63,709 nucleotides of DNA, filler included, from Parasitella parasitica NRRL 2501 (GCA_025201805.1; 10 parts of 10 records of this genome joined end to end with filler, not necessarily neighbours in it), one strand, 5' to 3'; shown: positions 49,670 to 62,337, numbered from the whole stretch's first letter. Numbers and translations are program-made. The notes: generated by a model from the letters alone, not told the origin.

Positions 49670-50631
49670 TGTTTAGGATACAGATTGCAGCGAAACGCAG
49701 TAAAAAAAAAGTGTAAAAAAGCAAGATACGATTAAAATCCTTCTTTATTTTGAAAGTAGATTGAATGTGCAATAAGCTGTTATTTTACATCTCTATTTAT
49801 ATTATTTGGGTGTCGTCTTACTAGCAGACAATTGTTTCGTTATTTCTTAACTGTTCCATTATTCTTTATATGTTGTGTTATGAATTCTAATCAGCCGTTC
49901 TGGCTTAGTAGTATACTATCATACTACTTGTTGGGTTGATTAGAGATGATCATTCATCAGGTCGATAGGATAATTCTATCATAGCTATTCTAATCTTACG
50001 GGAGTGTGAATATTATTGAGTTGTTTATTGACGTTGTTGATCTAACGATGGATCAAGGATGGCATTTGAAACATATACAAAAGACTTGATATTGATAATA
50101 GACTTAGGATAATTGACAAGGAAAGGAAAGAGTTATGAAAGTGAATCGTATTTATATCTTTCGATATGAAACACGATTACTAATAATTACATGGGAACCA
50201 GATACAGTTCCGTTACATAAACACATGGGACCTGCATAAGGTTTGGTTACATAATTCGTGAGGCATGGGCTCAATGGTGTAGTTTTCAGTCGGGAAGAGT
50301 CGTGGGTAACATTGATTGCTTGGCGTGAGTCTTGATTGGTGTTAGTCTCACTTGGTGTGGGATATCGAAACATGAGAAGCTTGGCATAAGTCTTGATTGG
50401 TGTTTGTCTTGAACTGAGGAACATTATATGGTTTATGATTATGCAGTGCTTGAGTACGCATGAATCACATGTGATCTGCACGCTGACATAATCTCGATCT
50501 GCATGAATTCTTGATATACTTTGACAGGCGTAGTTCATGACAGTTTAAATCTTCATTCAATCTTGGAATAGCAAAATAAATATATTCAGTTCTAATTGTA
50601 TTTTTCTGTCTATATTTTGTTACCCTAAACA
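49670..50631 (+). mobile_element. LTR family E shell, centre replaced by element D
   Basis: TGTTTAG(49670)...CTAAACA(50631); flanks TGCAC/TGGAC; 50543-50631 matches 48350-48437. Confidence 0.75.
49686..50542 (-). mobile_element. LTR-like family D (~857 bp; minus strand TGTCATGAAC...GCTGCA)
   Basis: TG...CA termini; partial second copy at 46878-47102; same TGTCATGAAC start as the 61074 element. Confidence 0.65.
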
Positions 50632-51449
50632 TGGACGAGAAAATTTTTTAGAGCCAAAAAAAGTGCTTATCGAGCTATGTTACGGCGATAAATGTGCTCA
50701 TACGAGAACAAAAATTAAAACCTCTTAAATGATCACATTTTTATGCTCAAATGAGCACATAAATTACTAGTTTCATAGGCTTGAAAAAATGTGCTCATGA
50801 AGCGAAAATTTGCCCGACACACAAAAAAATGTTCTCAAAAAAGTAAAATTTGCGTATAAAAATGTAGCTTTAGCTTTTTTTTAATTCTCAATTTTTGTAG
50901 TATGGACCAGTAATTCATTATCACTTTGATTTTATATCGTCACATACAGTATTGTCTTGATTATGTAGCCTTTGGTTGACACAGGCAATGATGGAAAAAA
51001 GTGCAAGATTAGCTATTACCCGATTTCAAACTGAAGCAGCTGCTGAGGTATTTGCTATATACAAGAAAAGTACATCAGTAAAATAAATTTGGTTGATGAC
51101 GACAATAACAAATAACCACCTGCATTAATTGTGAATAGAGATAATACACAATATTATATGTAGTACTCGAAAAAAGAAGCAAGGAGGCAGCATTTTGAAA
51201 AAAAGTAGCAAGGTTTAGCTTCATAGCTTCTAGAATCCAGGGCAAAAATGAACAGCAAACCTCTCATATTATCGTATATGTTCAGATATTGGGCACAAAA
51301 TTATACCTGTCGCATGCCTAAATAACAGAAGAGATCTTCTAGTTTTAGTGTATATTAATAAAGCAAAAGAAGCAAGCCAAAAAGTATTCAATACTACCTT
51401 GACATTGACACCCAAACGATGTAATGCAAAAAAGTGATTCATACATAGT

Positions 51450-51555
51450 TGATCTGCCATAATGTAGGTTAGGAGATCATGATAGTGTACTTCAATTAAA
51501 GATTGGAGATTGTCCAATGATGTGTTGTTATACTGGTCGAAACAGGAGAATAAAG
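51450..51555 (+). mobile_element. 5' fragment of LTR family A (subfamily 2)
   Basis: Matches the first ~106 bp of 12729-13160. Confidence 0.9.
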
Positions 51556-53474
51556 CGGCCAACTATACTCAAATCGGTGGATCCATTTTCCAATCTTACT
51601 GCATCCTCTAAACCACTCAGTAAATGCGATCTTAGTAACTTTTGATTGCGTCTAAGAAACTGAAGACGTTGTTGCTCAATCTTGGCGTACATATCCACAA
51701 TGAACTGCTGAAACAAATTGCCACCTCTAATCTTTAATTTAAAATCATAGTAGTTCATAGCAGTTACTTTTTTGCCACTCAAAGAGACGATCTCAATATT
51801 TTAACTTGGGGTGCCATAAGGAAACATCAAGACATAGGCTATCGTGTCATACCATTGATTCAATTTATTTATTCTCTATGAGGACTTCCATTTGTAGGTC
51901 GTATTACAATGTCTCTTGTTGTTTCTGGGTTATTGTTTCCGACAATGAGTACACCAATCTCGGTAGAAGTAGTTGGTGCGTTGAGTATCTTTGTTGTATC
52001 CATATAAAGGCTACATATGTCATATCTAACTTAGTCATAATGCACGGATCATGATATTAATTGTTGGTAATTCCTTTACAAATAAGGAATAAGCTACAAG
52101 TTGTAATTGGACCTCTTGCAAGGTTTCAGGCTTATTCAAAGAATACATCTAGATCAGATCGCGGGATGTCGGGAAGACATCCTACCCAATCTTATCTTTA
52201 ATGTAAAATAGAAAGATAGGTCTGTCCAGGAAATGCTGTGATTTAATAAGGTTTCACACTTCTTGTCAAACATCAGATGTTATGTGGATAAACATTGATT
52301 GGGATATATTTTAGTATAAATAGAGATCATATCTTATGTGAATAAAAGTCTTCAGTTTTGTATCTGGTTTTATTCAGAAAAGTCTTATGACTTTATACAA
52401 ATCATATTTTACATAACATTACGCTGCGCCCTTTGACACTGGCACAACAATCTTTTTCGATCTGGTGTACCTTCAGCTCTAAATACCATTGAGACTCATC
52501 AGGAACAGAGCTAGGGTTCTCTGCAATCAACTGAGCCATTGACTTGAAACCATGGACAAAACAATTTATGTCATGCATAAGTGCTTGAAGGTTGATCAAG
52601 GTGGCAATGTTCAGATGCTGGTTGTGAGCATGGCGGTTTCGAAACTCATTTTCAGAGGCGTGGATATAAATTTGAGCAAATTTAGGTGCCTCACCTACTC
52701 CTGGATGCAAGGTTCCAATTCTATGATAAAGGCTGCCATGAACTTTAAATGAATATGAGCCTACACGTGCATTGTTGGCTATTGTCGAGTCAAGGTTACA
52801 ATATAGTGAGGTGAACCCCAGAGCACTGATGTTGTAAGCTCTTAGGTTTGACCTAAGCTCCTTGCTTTGTTTGTCTGATCCTCTCAATAAATTGGCAATC
52901 AACTCAGGCATCTCGGGCAACATATTTACACTTGCCACAGCACAAAGAGAAATGAGGGTTTGCAATCGTGCCTCCATTCTTTTCTGATGCCCACATGCGT
53001 GCTTGACAATGGCGACAAATGCTGTTGTTCATTCCACCAAGGTCATGGCGCTCGGTGAAAGAGGGCGTACCTCTTCCGGCCATGTTATGAGTATTGTTGT
53101 GCGTTAAGTTGGCGCACAATCTACTGTTAGATCGCAAATGACCTTCTTGTTCACAGCTTGAACAAACAGGGCTGCTAATTGTTGCATCATTAGCGCTGAT
53201 TGTTTCTGTTTGCTGATCTATTTCCATAGTTTTAGGTTGAGGCCCTAGTCTATACGAAAAGTTTGATTATGATTGTAGAATGAAAACAAATTTGAGACAT
53301 ACGATTAGCAATGTTGTTAGCGCCATCACGATGAGAAAATCGACGATGGTCCATACCACCACAGCTTGCGCAAGTGCTACTGTTAGAACGGGTATTATTG
53401 AGGCGAAGCCTGCTTGTAGAACGTGAATGGCCTTCTTGACCACAGCTTAAACAAATTCTAATAGTAGCAGGCAT
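51556..53474 (-). pseudogene. Helitron Rep/helicase N-terminal relic
   Basis: CRHCQARMW..FSLCCGK, LRAYN..FTSL, FKVHGSLYHRIGTL, PKFAQIYI, LFQQFIVDMYAKIEQQRLQFLRRNQKLLR; frameshifts. Confidence 0.92.
51992..52449 (+). mobile_element. Solo LTR family B with 5-bp TSD ATCTT, inside the Helitron
   Basis: TGTTG...CAACA; ATCTT at 51987-51991 and 52450-52454. Confidence 0.95.
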
Positions 53475-53772
53475 TTTGTTTTCGTAGTAATAAAAAGTGC
53501 CATTGTTTTATTAATTGAATAACCTGAGCTGGAATGCGAATATTTTTTACGAAGATTGTAAAAAAGTTAGCAGACTCCATTTTTTTAATTATATAGATTT
53601 TTATTATAAAATTACGATTAATTTGGCTAAGTCAACCCCTAAATCCTAAAAACAAAAAAACAGGGTTTCCCCNNNNNNNNNNNNNNNNNNNNNNNNNNNN
53701 NNNNNNNNNNNNNNNNTTAATTAATTAANNNNNNNNNNNNNNNNNNNNNNNNNNNNNNNNNNNNNNNNNNNN

Positions 53773-53866
53773 TGTGTAAAATCTAATCACTGGTGCTTAT
53801 TTTGGACACCTAGTTGCTAAAGCATCACCAGTAGTTAGGATTTTATCACACAAGTTGGCCATGGTG
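53773..53866. mobile_element. CACTA-like right terminus (...AGTTGGCCATGGTG)
   Basis: Reverse complement matches 54745-54758 at 13/14; ATCACTGGT/ATCACCAGT repeats inside. Confidence 0.7.
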
Positions 53867-54744
53867 TATGATCCCAAGTTGCCATGTATAATTGAGACTG
53901 ATGCCTCAGATTTTGCCCTCGGTGCCGTGTGTAGTCAAGTAGATCCTTCTGGTATTTCACATCCTGTTGCATTCTTTTCTCGCAAGCTACTTCCGGCTGA
54001 ACAAAACTACCAAGTATATGACAAGGAACTTTTAGCTATTATCGCAGCTTTCAAGCATTGGCGGCCGTATTTAGAATTCTCTCGTGAGTCTGCAATTGTC
54101 CTTACGGATCACAAAAACCTCGAATATTTTACCACTACTCGCCACCTTAGCCGCCGTCAAGTTCGTTGGGCCGAAATTTTAGCAGATTATAATTTTGTTA
54201 TACAATACAGACCTGGTAAACAAAATGGCGCAGCCGACGCATTGTCTAGGAAGGACAAACCGCTTAAAGAGGGAGGTGAACCCAGCGACAAGACTTCCAT
54301 GACTTTACTAGATCCAAATTTGTTCCTAATCAACATTATCAGAGCACAACCAGTAGACATCAAATCAAATGAAATACTCGAATGTCTCAAAAAAGAAATA
54401 ACTCAAGACAGCTACTTTGGTCCCTTTGTAAAGTTGCTCAAGCAAGATACCAATGGCTCAAATACTCCTCAAAAATATTCATACAAAGATGATATCTTGT
54501 TTTATGATGGCTTATTCTGTGTCCCTGCCAATGATCGCATCAAGAAACTCATCCTAGAGGAATGTCATGACTCACCAACTGCTGGACATTTTGGTATTGC
54601 CAAAACATACGAACTGGTATCTAGAAACTACTACTGGCCATCACTCAGGAAATATATCAAGGATTATGTCGCCGGATGTGATACTTGTACCCGCAACAAA
54701 AGTCATCATCATAAACCTTATGGTTTATTATCGCCTCTGCCAAT
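53867..54744 (+). pseudogene. Ty3/gypsy pol fragment: RNase H plus integrase zinc-binding domain
   Basis: IETDASDFALGA, FFSRKL..EQNY..YDKELLAI, LTDHKNL, ADALSR, HDSPTAGH..YYWP..CDTC; open frame. Confidence 0.95.
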
Positions 54745-55040
54745 CACCATGGCTAACTTCAGTGCTATTTTTTTTCACATTTATCATCAGTTCTAATGAC
54801 TAGTGATTAGGTGTTTTACTGGATGACTGGTGATAAACCATTTTATCACCAGTGATGCTTTTATCACAAAGACTAAATTGATGACCAGTGATAAATACGA
54901 TAATCGCTTGTGATTAGCAATTAGCAGCATTGATAAATTAATCACTGGAGAATAAACAGTGATTCTAGTTATAGAACAATCACTGGGTAAAAACAAATAG
55001 CCCTAATCACAAAATTCATTATAGCACTGGTACGTTTTGC
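54745..55040. mobile_element. CACTA-like left terminus (CACCATGGCTAACT) with ATCAC/CAGTGAT subterminal repeats
   Basis: Begins where gypsy homology ends (LSPLPI); ~10 repeat copies in both orientations. Confidence 0.72.
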
Positions 55041-55572
55041 TATGAAATCACGGTAATAAACATTTATTCAAAATTATCCAAAAAACTTTCAGCAGCAATT
55101 ACATATCACGTTGGATTATGTTTCTTTTGTTATTTAGATAGAAAAAAATCAATTTTATTTGAAAATAGGCATATATTTTTGTCTGAAAAAATTATTGGAG
55201 TATAGAGGAACTGACACAAAAGATATTATTATTATGATAAATGTTCATGGCAGCTGTATACATATATGATGTTGTCCGCATATGACAAGGTCCTATATTT
55301 TTTATATAGTAATATATCTGCTATATGTATATGATAAGACATTTTATAAGAAGATATTATAGCAATAAAGGCCTGTAAACTGTTTTATACAGAAATATTA
55401 AGACAACAAACTGAAAAAATTACAAACGAAAAGCAGCAGTATTATACCTATACACAATGGTAATTAGCTATANNNNNNNNNNNNNNNNNNNNNNNNNNNN
55501 NNNNNNNNNNNNNNNNTTAATTAATTAANNNNNNNNNNNNNNNNNNNNNNNNNNNNNNNNNNNNNNNNNNNN

Positions 55573-55684
55573 CAACTTGTAGCTTATTCCTTATTTGTAA
55601 AAGAATTACCAACAATTAATATCATGATCCGTGCATTACGACTAAGTTAGATATGACATATGTAGCCTTTATATGGATACAACA
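55573..55684 (-). mobile_element. LTR family B fragment at contig start
   Basis: Nearly identical to 59921-60032. Confidence 0.9.
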
Positions 55685-55744
55685 TCCACAACTTTTGCTT
55701 AATACGAGCCATCTTCTCTTTTCAATATACTAGTAAAAACAAAA

Positions 55745-57256
55745 ATGTCCTTCCCCTCCCGTAAACGCACAAGATTCTCCAATGCCACTCTGAAGCAAGT
55801 TCGAGATCTTTTGGTGGAAAAATTGGATCCCAATTCATCAGTTCCTGCTCCAGTTACTCGTGAATCCTTGTATTCCAATGAAACTGGCCATTACGTGTCT
55901 GGTGAACAGTCTTCTTCCAATGGTGAAACTCAAAACAACCAAGATCCACTCTCTTTTTCTGGTCTATCTGATGATAGTAGTGATGTCGATGAAGGCAATG
56001 CGTACGAGGATGGTGAAGATGACGATGATGGCGAGGGTTATTCTGCAGCAGGGATATTTCTTCAAGATAAAGGTAGATTTAGACATTGCAAGAGTGGATT
56101 GAATAAACAACTTACGGAAGTCATTGCATATGCATAAATACATCTGTAACAACAGATAATAGTGATGACGAGGCTGTAATGGATGATGTTGGAGGCGATC
56201 AAACCGACGAAGATACTATTGAATATAAAATTCAAATACCTGATCATCCATTTACGCCGGTTGAGACCTACAGCTTGATGTTGGAGGATGTCTGCAATAC
56301 TTTCAACATTCCACGAGAAGGAGCACGAACGCTCAGGCATTTGATAAACAAAATTATAAGCGATAAGGACTTAGGTATGTTATCTCTATAAACAAGTTGA
56401 GGAGGGGTTTTAGTGATAATGAAATGGCTGCTGTGAGATGACAAATTTTTCATACCTCAATTTTTTATCCATGTAGACCGTTCAAGCCAGCTTTTAAGCC
56501 GTGAAGCTTACAGTAACTTACTTAAAAAGGTGATACCCATGAGGATGACAAAGCCATTTCAAGTTTGCAGTAACGGGTGCTATTTGTACAGCAACGATGG
56601 CACTTCTTCCTGCCCTGTTTGCCACAATTCTACCAAGAAAATGACAAAAATGGTTTCTATCACAGAGAAAATTGTTGAGATGCTATCATGCGACGATATT
56701 CGACAGAATTTGATACAAATGCAAAGAGACCGCTTTGCTTCCAACAATGACAATACTGATTCTTCTTATGGTGATATATATGATGGTGCACCTTTTAAAA
56801 CCTTATACAGCTCAAAAATGATAAATAACAACCCCGATATCCTGAACATATATTTGAAGCTAGACATTGATGGTTTCACTTGTTCTGCTTCCCAATCGAG
56901 TATGGTGATGATTCATGCCGTAGTTCTGAACCTGGATAGTGCTGAAAAGTACTGAGATATCATTGCAACCGCTATATTATACCTGTGTATTAATTTCAGT
57001 TTCACCTTTTTGTGCAAAAATTAGATATGCAAGACATGCCACCTTCCAAGTCGCTATCTTACCAGGAAAGTCGAAATCAGATTTTGAATCTTTTTTGAGT
57101 CCAATTGTCGAAGAGATATTTTTGCTTAACAAAAAGACTCTGGTTGTTCAAGCCGGCAAAGCTCCACCTGTTCGTTGCAAAGTCTATGCACTTTTCATAA
57201 ATGGTGATGGAGTTGAGATCAACAGACTTCTACGATACTCAGGCCACACGCAGTAA
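55745..57256 (+). pseudogene. CACTA (Tnp2-like) transposase, spliced, disrupted and 3'-truncated
   Basis: VCSNGCYLY..CPVC, YGDIYDG, LDIDGF, VVLNLD, ILPG..FESFLSPIVEE, INGDG; homologous to 14608-15751. Confidence 0.85.
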
Positions 57257-57503
57257 GTGAATATCTGCTTTTGACCAGGACATGTCAGTTAATGCTGGTA
57301 AGCTGAGTGATCTCTTTTAGCTCCGTGTAGATTCATTTATATACACCTTTATTGTCCATCAAATTTCAAATAAAGTTTACAAAAAGAAAAAAGGGGTTTT
57401 ATTNNNNNNNNNNNNNNNNNNNNNNNNNNNNNNNNNNNNNNNNNNNNTTAATTAATTAANNNNNNNNNNNNNNNNNNNNNNNNNNNNNNNNNNNNNNNNN
57501 NNN

Positions 57504-57668
57504 TGATCTAGATGTATTCTTTGAATAAGCCTGGAACCTTGCAAGAGGTCCAATTACAACTTGTAGCTTATTCCTTATTTGTAAAAGAATTACCAACAAT
57601 TAATATCATGATCCGTGCATTATGACTAAGTTAGATATGACATATGTAGCCTTTATATGGATACAACA
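57504..57668 (-). mobile_element. LTR family B fragment at contig start
   Basis: Matches 59868-60032. Confidence 0.9.
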
Positions 57669-59148
57669 TAGCGAGCAGAACCTTCAAGATCACTTTACAA
57701 TACATCATTGCATGCATAGGTAATTCTGGTCGAAAGTGTTTCAGTTTTTAAGAGCCTCTCCCTCTTGAGCTTACTCTTGACCACATGCCAGAATTGCTCA
57801 ATAGGATTAAGCTCAGGACAGTATGGTGGGAGGTATATCTGTAACCTCGCGGAATGATATACTTTTCAATATCCTTGGCTGTATAGATGGGTGCATTGTC
57901 CATAATAAGATAAAAATCTTTGAATTGCTCATGCTGGTCCATGATGTCCATCGTTTTTGCAACAAAATTAAAGTAATGGCCAGTTACAGTACCCACAGTT
58001 GTTGTTGCTTTTTCAGAAGACGTGCCAGCCAACTTTTTTTTCTTGTTGGATGTTCCAGGCAGCCTCACTTGAACATTCAACACCCCCCACACGCTAGTTG
58101 CACCAAGAATAGTGGTATTTTTCGCTCTTGTTTGAGGCACAGGCACTTCAGCTCGAGTTCCTTTCTCTGACCAAGTCATTGTTCAGGTTGATATTGAAAG
58201 CTGAGTCATCAATAAAAACACAGTTGGAGGACATGTAATCCATGTCAGTTTGGCTCCATTTGACCACCCAATCATACCGGTTTTGAATGTTCTCAGGCAA
58301 TTTTCTTTCTTTGGAATGGAAATGAGCTTTCTTGAATGTCAGGGCAAGATCATTGGTCATGTAGTTGCAAATAGTCGTTTGGCTTATAGTCAAACCTGAG
58401 AAAGCCTTAACAAGACTCACTCCTGAGCTTGTTCGATCGTTACTGATGGATTATCTTTAAATTCTTTTTTTAGGTGCTTCGTATTATGGTCTTCGTTCAA
58501 TAGTTTTGGTCGACCTGCTCTCTTAACGGAAGGCTCTTCATCGTCTTCAATTTCTTTGTTAACCTTTCTTTGATCCTCTGCGTACCATCTATAAGCGGTT
58601 GTTCTTGATATATGACCATGCGCTTTCCAAGCTTGATTAGGATTCATGCCATGGTCGTAGATAAGGATAAAAAATCTTGCTTTGTCTTTGTCTGAGTAGC
58701 TGTTGTATTCAGTCTTGGGTTCATACTTCTTATTTTTGACCTTTTTCTCCTTTACTGCGGTCAAGTCTCTTTCAGGGGGTTTTCTATCATCAACGTAAGT
58801 ATTGTAGTTGGTGTAATGTTGCCGAGAGGGAAGGCTTCGTCGTCTACATCCATGTCGACAGCTTCGTTTCCATGCTCATCGACTGGAGCATTTATTCCAT
58901 CTTCGTAGTAAATTCTGATATTATCTGACATGTTATGAATGACGAAGAAATCAATTATGATTTCATTATCTCAAATCCCATTTAGTTTTGTCTCATTATA
59001 ATTTCCAAAAGTGTTCCATTATTAATAAGGCAAGTGTTCCAAAACAGTTCAAGATTTGTCCCAAATTTAATGACAGATTGCCCCAATATTTGTTCAGAAT
59101 TTGTACCAATTTTTTTTTAAAATGTCCCAATAATTTCTGAAAATAATG
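57669..59148 (-). mobile_element. Tc1/mariner (IS630-like DDE) element, frameshifted transposase (ATG 58931), one terminus next to TA 59149-59150
   Basis: HTH ISRTTAYRW..GRPKLL; CVFIDDSAFN; LIMDNAPIY; PPYCPELNPIEQFW. Confidence 0.9.
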
Positions 59149-59575
59149 TATGTAGACTTTGTATGGATACTGATTTGAAAAGGAGCAATTACTGATAAAT
59201 TGTGTACTACGAGAGCAGTAAATATGCTCATATCATAGATCCTTCTCTTTTCTCTAAAAATTCTTAACTAATAATATAACAACCAACAATCCCATATTTC
59301 GGTTTTGGTAATATTTTATAAACATTGAATTGTGGAAATGTATCTAATAAGAATAAACAGTTGGTTTTTATTTTTGAATATCTAAAACACATTGTGAAAT
59401 TACTAGTAAAAAATATATAAAAAATACTTTTTAAAACTGTTATTTATTTTTTAGATGAAGCTCATCAAAATGTCAATTAAAAACTATCTTTTTTACTAGT
59501 TTTCCAAGGGTAAATGATTATGGATATGAACCTAAATTATATTGGATTATTCATCCAGGACGTCTTGGCAGCAAG

Positions 59576-60032
59576 TGTTGTGCCAGTGTCAAAGGGCGCA
59601 GCGTAATGTTATGTAAATAAGATTTGTATGAAGTAATAAAGACTTTCTGAATAAAACCAGATACAAAACTGAAGGCTTTTATTGACATAAGATATGATCT
59701 CTATTTATACTAAAATATATCCCAATCAATGTTTATCCACATAACATCTGATGTTTGACAAGAAGTGTCAAACCTTATTAAATCACAGCATTTCCAGGAC
59801 AGACCTATCTTTCTATTTTACATTAAAGAGAAGATTGGGTAGGATGTCTTCCCGACATCCCGCGATCTGATCTAGATGTATTCTTTGAATAAGCCTGGAA
59901 CCTTGCAAGAGGTCCAATTACAACTTGTAGCTTATTCCTTATTTGTAAAAGAATTACCAACAATTAATATCATGATCCGTGCATTATGACTAAGTTAGAT
60001 ATGACATATGTAGCCTTTATATGGATACAACA
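59576..60032 (-). mobile_element. Solo LTR family B with 5-bp TSD GCAAG
   Basis: TGTTG...CAACA; GCAAG at 59571-59575 and 60033-60037. Confidence 0.95.
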
Positions 60033-60493
60033 GCAAGGATTGATAAAGAGATAACCAATATGGCCGATTTGACGAGTGTTGGAGTTGTTTCTATTTGTTC
60101 TTGATATTAGATTACGTCTTCTTAAATCCATGCTAGCCTGGTCTTGATGATTGTAATCTTTGTGGAATATTCTGGGGTGATTTGAAGTTCATATTCATAC
60201 TATTTACGGAGATTCTTTTAATGTGATGATCAGTTTATACTGATCTATAACACACATAAAGCTACAAAAACTAGTCCCACAAATTAATACAACAAAACTT
60301 GAACTTGGTCCGACCGGCAGTGTTACTACGGCATAACTGACAGACAGTTCGTTTCAAGCAACAAATACAAATGGAGTAGAAATTTCTAAGCTTTGCACAT
60401 TATCCTATTTCAAAAATAAAGAAGGAATTAAATTGTATCTATTGTTGTTTTTACACTTTTTACTACAAAATAAACGGAAAGAGTGCGACACCA

Positions 60494-61074
60494 TTAAAAA
60501 TTCGTCGTGTGCAGATATATATGTTCTAGAGTAGATTTATAGGGAAGTATGTAAAAGGTTATATATGAGATGAAAAACACTCTTTATTATTTAAAGATAC
60601 AATTAATATTTATTATCAGGGATCTACGGCCTTATTAGATAGTCAGGGACAGAGTACTAAGAGAAGATATGCAGAAGTTTATTTCAAATAAGGAGGCTAT
60701 GGTTTAATAAGAGAAAGGTGGAGAAAGATAAGAAGATTGCTAGGGATATTTAATAAGGAAATTCGATGAGGAGATCTGACGAAGAAAACTCTTCTTTGCT
60801 GGTCAAAATGGCCTCTATTTATACTTTTTTGCGAGCTGTCTAGTTCACTGAAATGTGAACTAGACTATTTACTATAACGTGAATCAATTAGGTAAATAGG
60901 ATATCGTGGATCAATAAGTCAATAGTATAATGTGGATGAATAAGGCAAAAATGACAGTGTGAATCAGAGAGGCAAGAATGCAATGTGGATTGATTAGGGA
61001 AGAACGAGGTGATTTATATTTTTAGATCAAGATGTATAATTGTTTGGGCTTGAAGGCTCGACAGGTTCATGACA
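60494..61074 (-). mobile_element. Probable 5' LTR followed by PBS-like TGGTGTCGCACTC
   Basis: Minus strand starts TGTCATGAAC, contains GTATAAATAG and AATAAA; 3' boundary uncertain. Confidence 0.45.
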
Positions 61075-61154
61075 NNNNNNNNNNNNNNNNNNNNNNNNNN
61101 NNNNNNNNNNNNNNNNNNTTAATTAATTAANNNNNNNNNNNNNNNNNNNNNNNN

Positions 61155-62337
61155 NNNNNNNNNNNNNNNNNNNNTCCACTCGTACTCAGTTTATTCGTTA
61201 TTTGAAAACTCGTTCTCTCGGTTTGCTCGCACTTGAAGAAACGCATAGCTCTTTATCCTTTTGATAACATATACTTTTGTCGCATCTGAATTGTTTTATA
61301 CCATAAAGATCGTGTACTTTGCTGCCTCCTAATTTGAACGATATGCCATTTTTCTACCATGCTCACAGGCTATAGCTTTGTATTTTCTTGATTTTGTTTA
61401 CGCTCAATCATGTTGAGTAATTTCAATCACAATTACTCAAATGCATTATTGTCTCGAAATTGTCAGGCTCCTCTGTCTTGATCAAGACATATTGATAATT
61501 ACTTTCTCAATGGTTTTACACCACCAGGAAAACCACCACTTACTACCTTCCAATATGAAGTTTCTCAATCCCGCATTGATTAAATTCTGCTATCAAATAA
61601 TTTGGCCTCTTCTGTCGCCTTTGATCTTTATATTGAACAACACAGTTGCAGAGTTATTCATCCGCATTTTCAGCGCTCGAATAATCGAAAAGAGCCTCAT
61701 TCCTCATCAATGTGTTTCAAACGGGCGTTGTTCGTGGTTGCTTTATCACGGATAATAGTATGCTGGCGAAGCTCGTCATGGGACACGCATCTCTCGGCTC
61801 TTCGATACTCACTTAATCATTAACGTGAAAAGTCCCTTATTTCCTCGCTTTCCACATCGTCGAGGCCTCAAGCAGGATAATCCCATCAGCCCGATTTTGT
61901 TCAAATTAACTTCCAAACCATTTTTGTGACGAATCCTTCAGAATTTGCCCTATTTGATACTTGGCTTTTCCTCTTTTACCAATTTGCTCATCTTTCCACA
62001 AAATTTTCTGTTCATACCAATCCCACAAAGAAGTTCCTGAAACTCGTCAAGTTCAAAATTATTAGTTTGGCAAACAATTCATACTTCCATTTCTGTGACC
62101 TCCTTGGATCTTCATCTACTTGTCATTACTGTTCGCTTTCACACATATTTCAGTCGCTCAGCACTCCTCGTAATTGTAGTCATTCTACAGTTTATTTGGA
62201 TATCTCGCTAGTCTCTCATCTTCTCTGTCCCTTCGTTCGTGGAATCAAAACATGTCAAATATAAACAAAAGTTTCATCACAGCTGGTATTCCTCATTGCC
62301 CACCTGCTTTATTCTCGTTGGATTAGCATTCTGCCTA
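61155..62337 (+). pseudogene. Highly degenerate LINE ORF2 (AP endonuclease region)
   Basis: FIRYLKTRSLGLLALEETH and TPPGKPPLTTF fragments; pyrimidine-rich sense strand like the LINE at 592. Confidence 0.65.

Larger units (their letters stand above)
49622..50850. mobile_element. CACTA terminus (CACTATGGG) with TGTGCTCA-like subterminal repeats, interrupted by LTRs
   Basis: TGTTCTCA before the LTR insertion and TGTGCTCA/TGAGCACA/TGTTCTCA after it (50690-50840). Confidence 0.55.
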
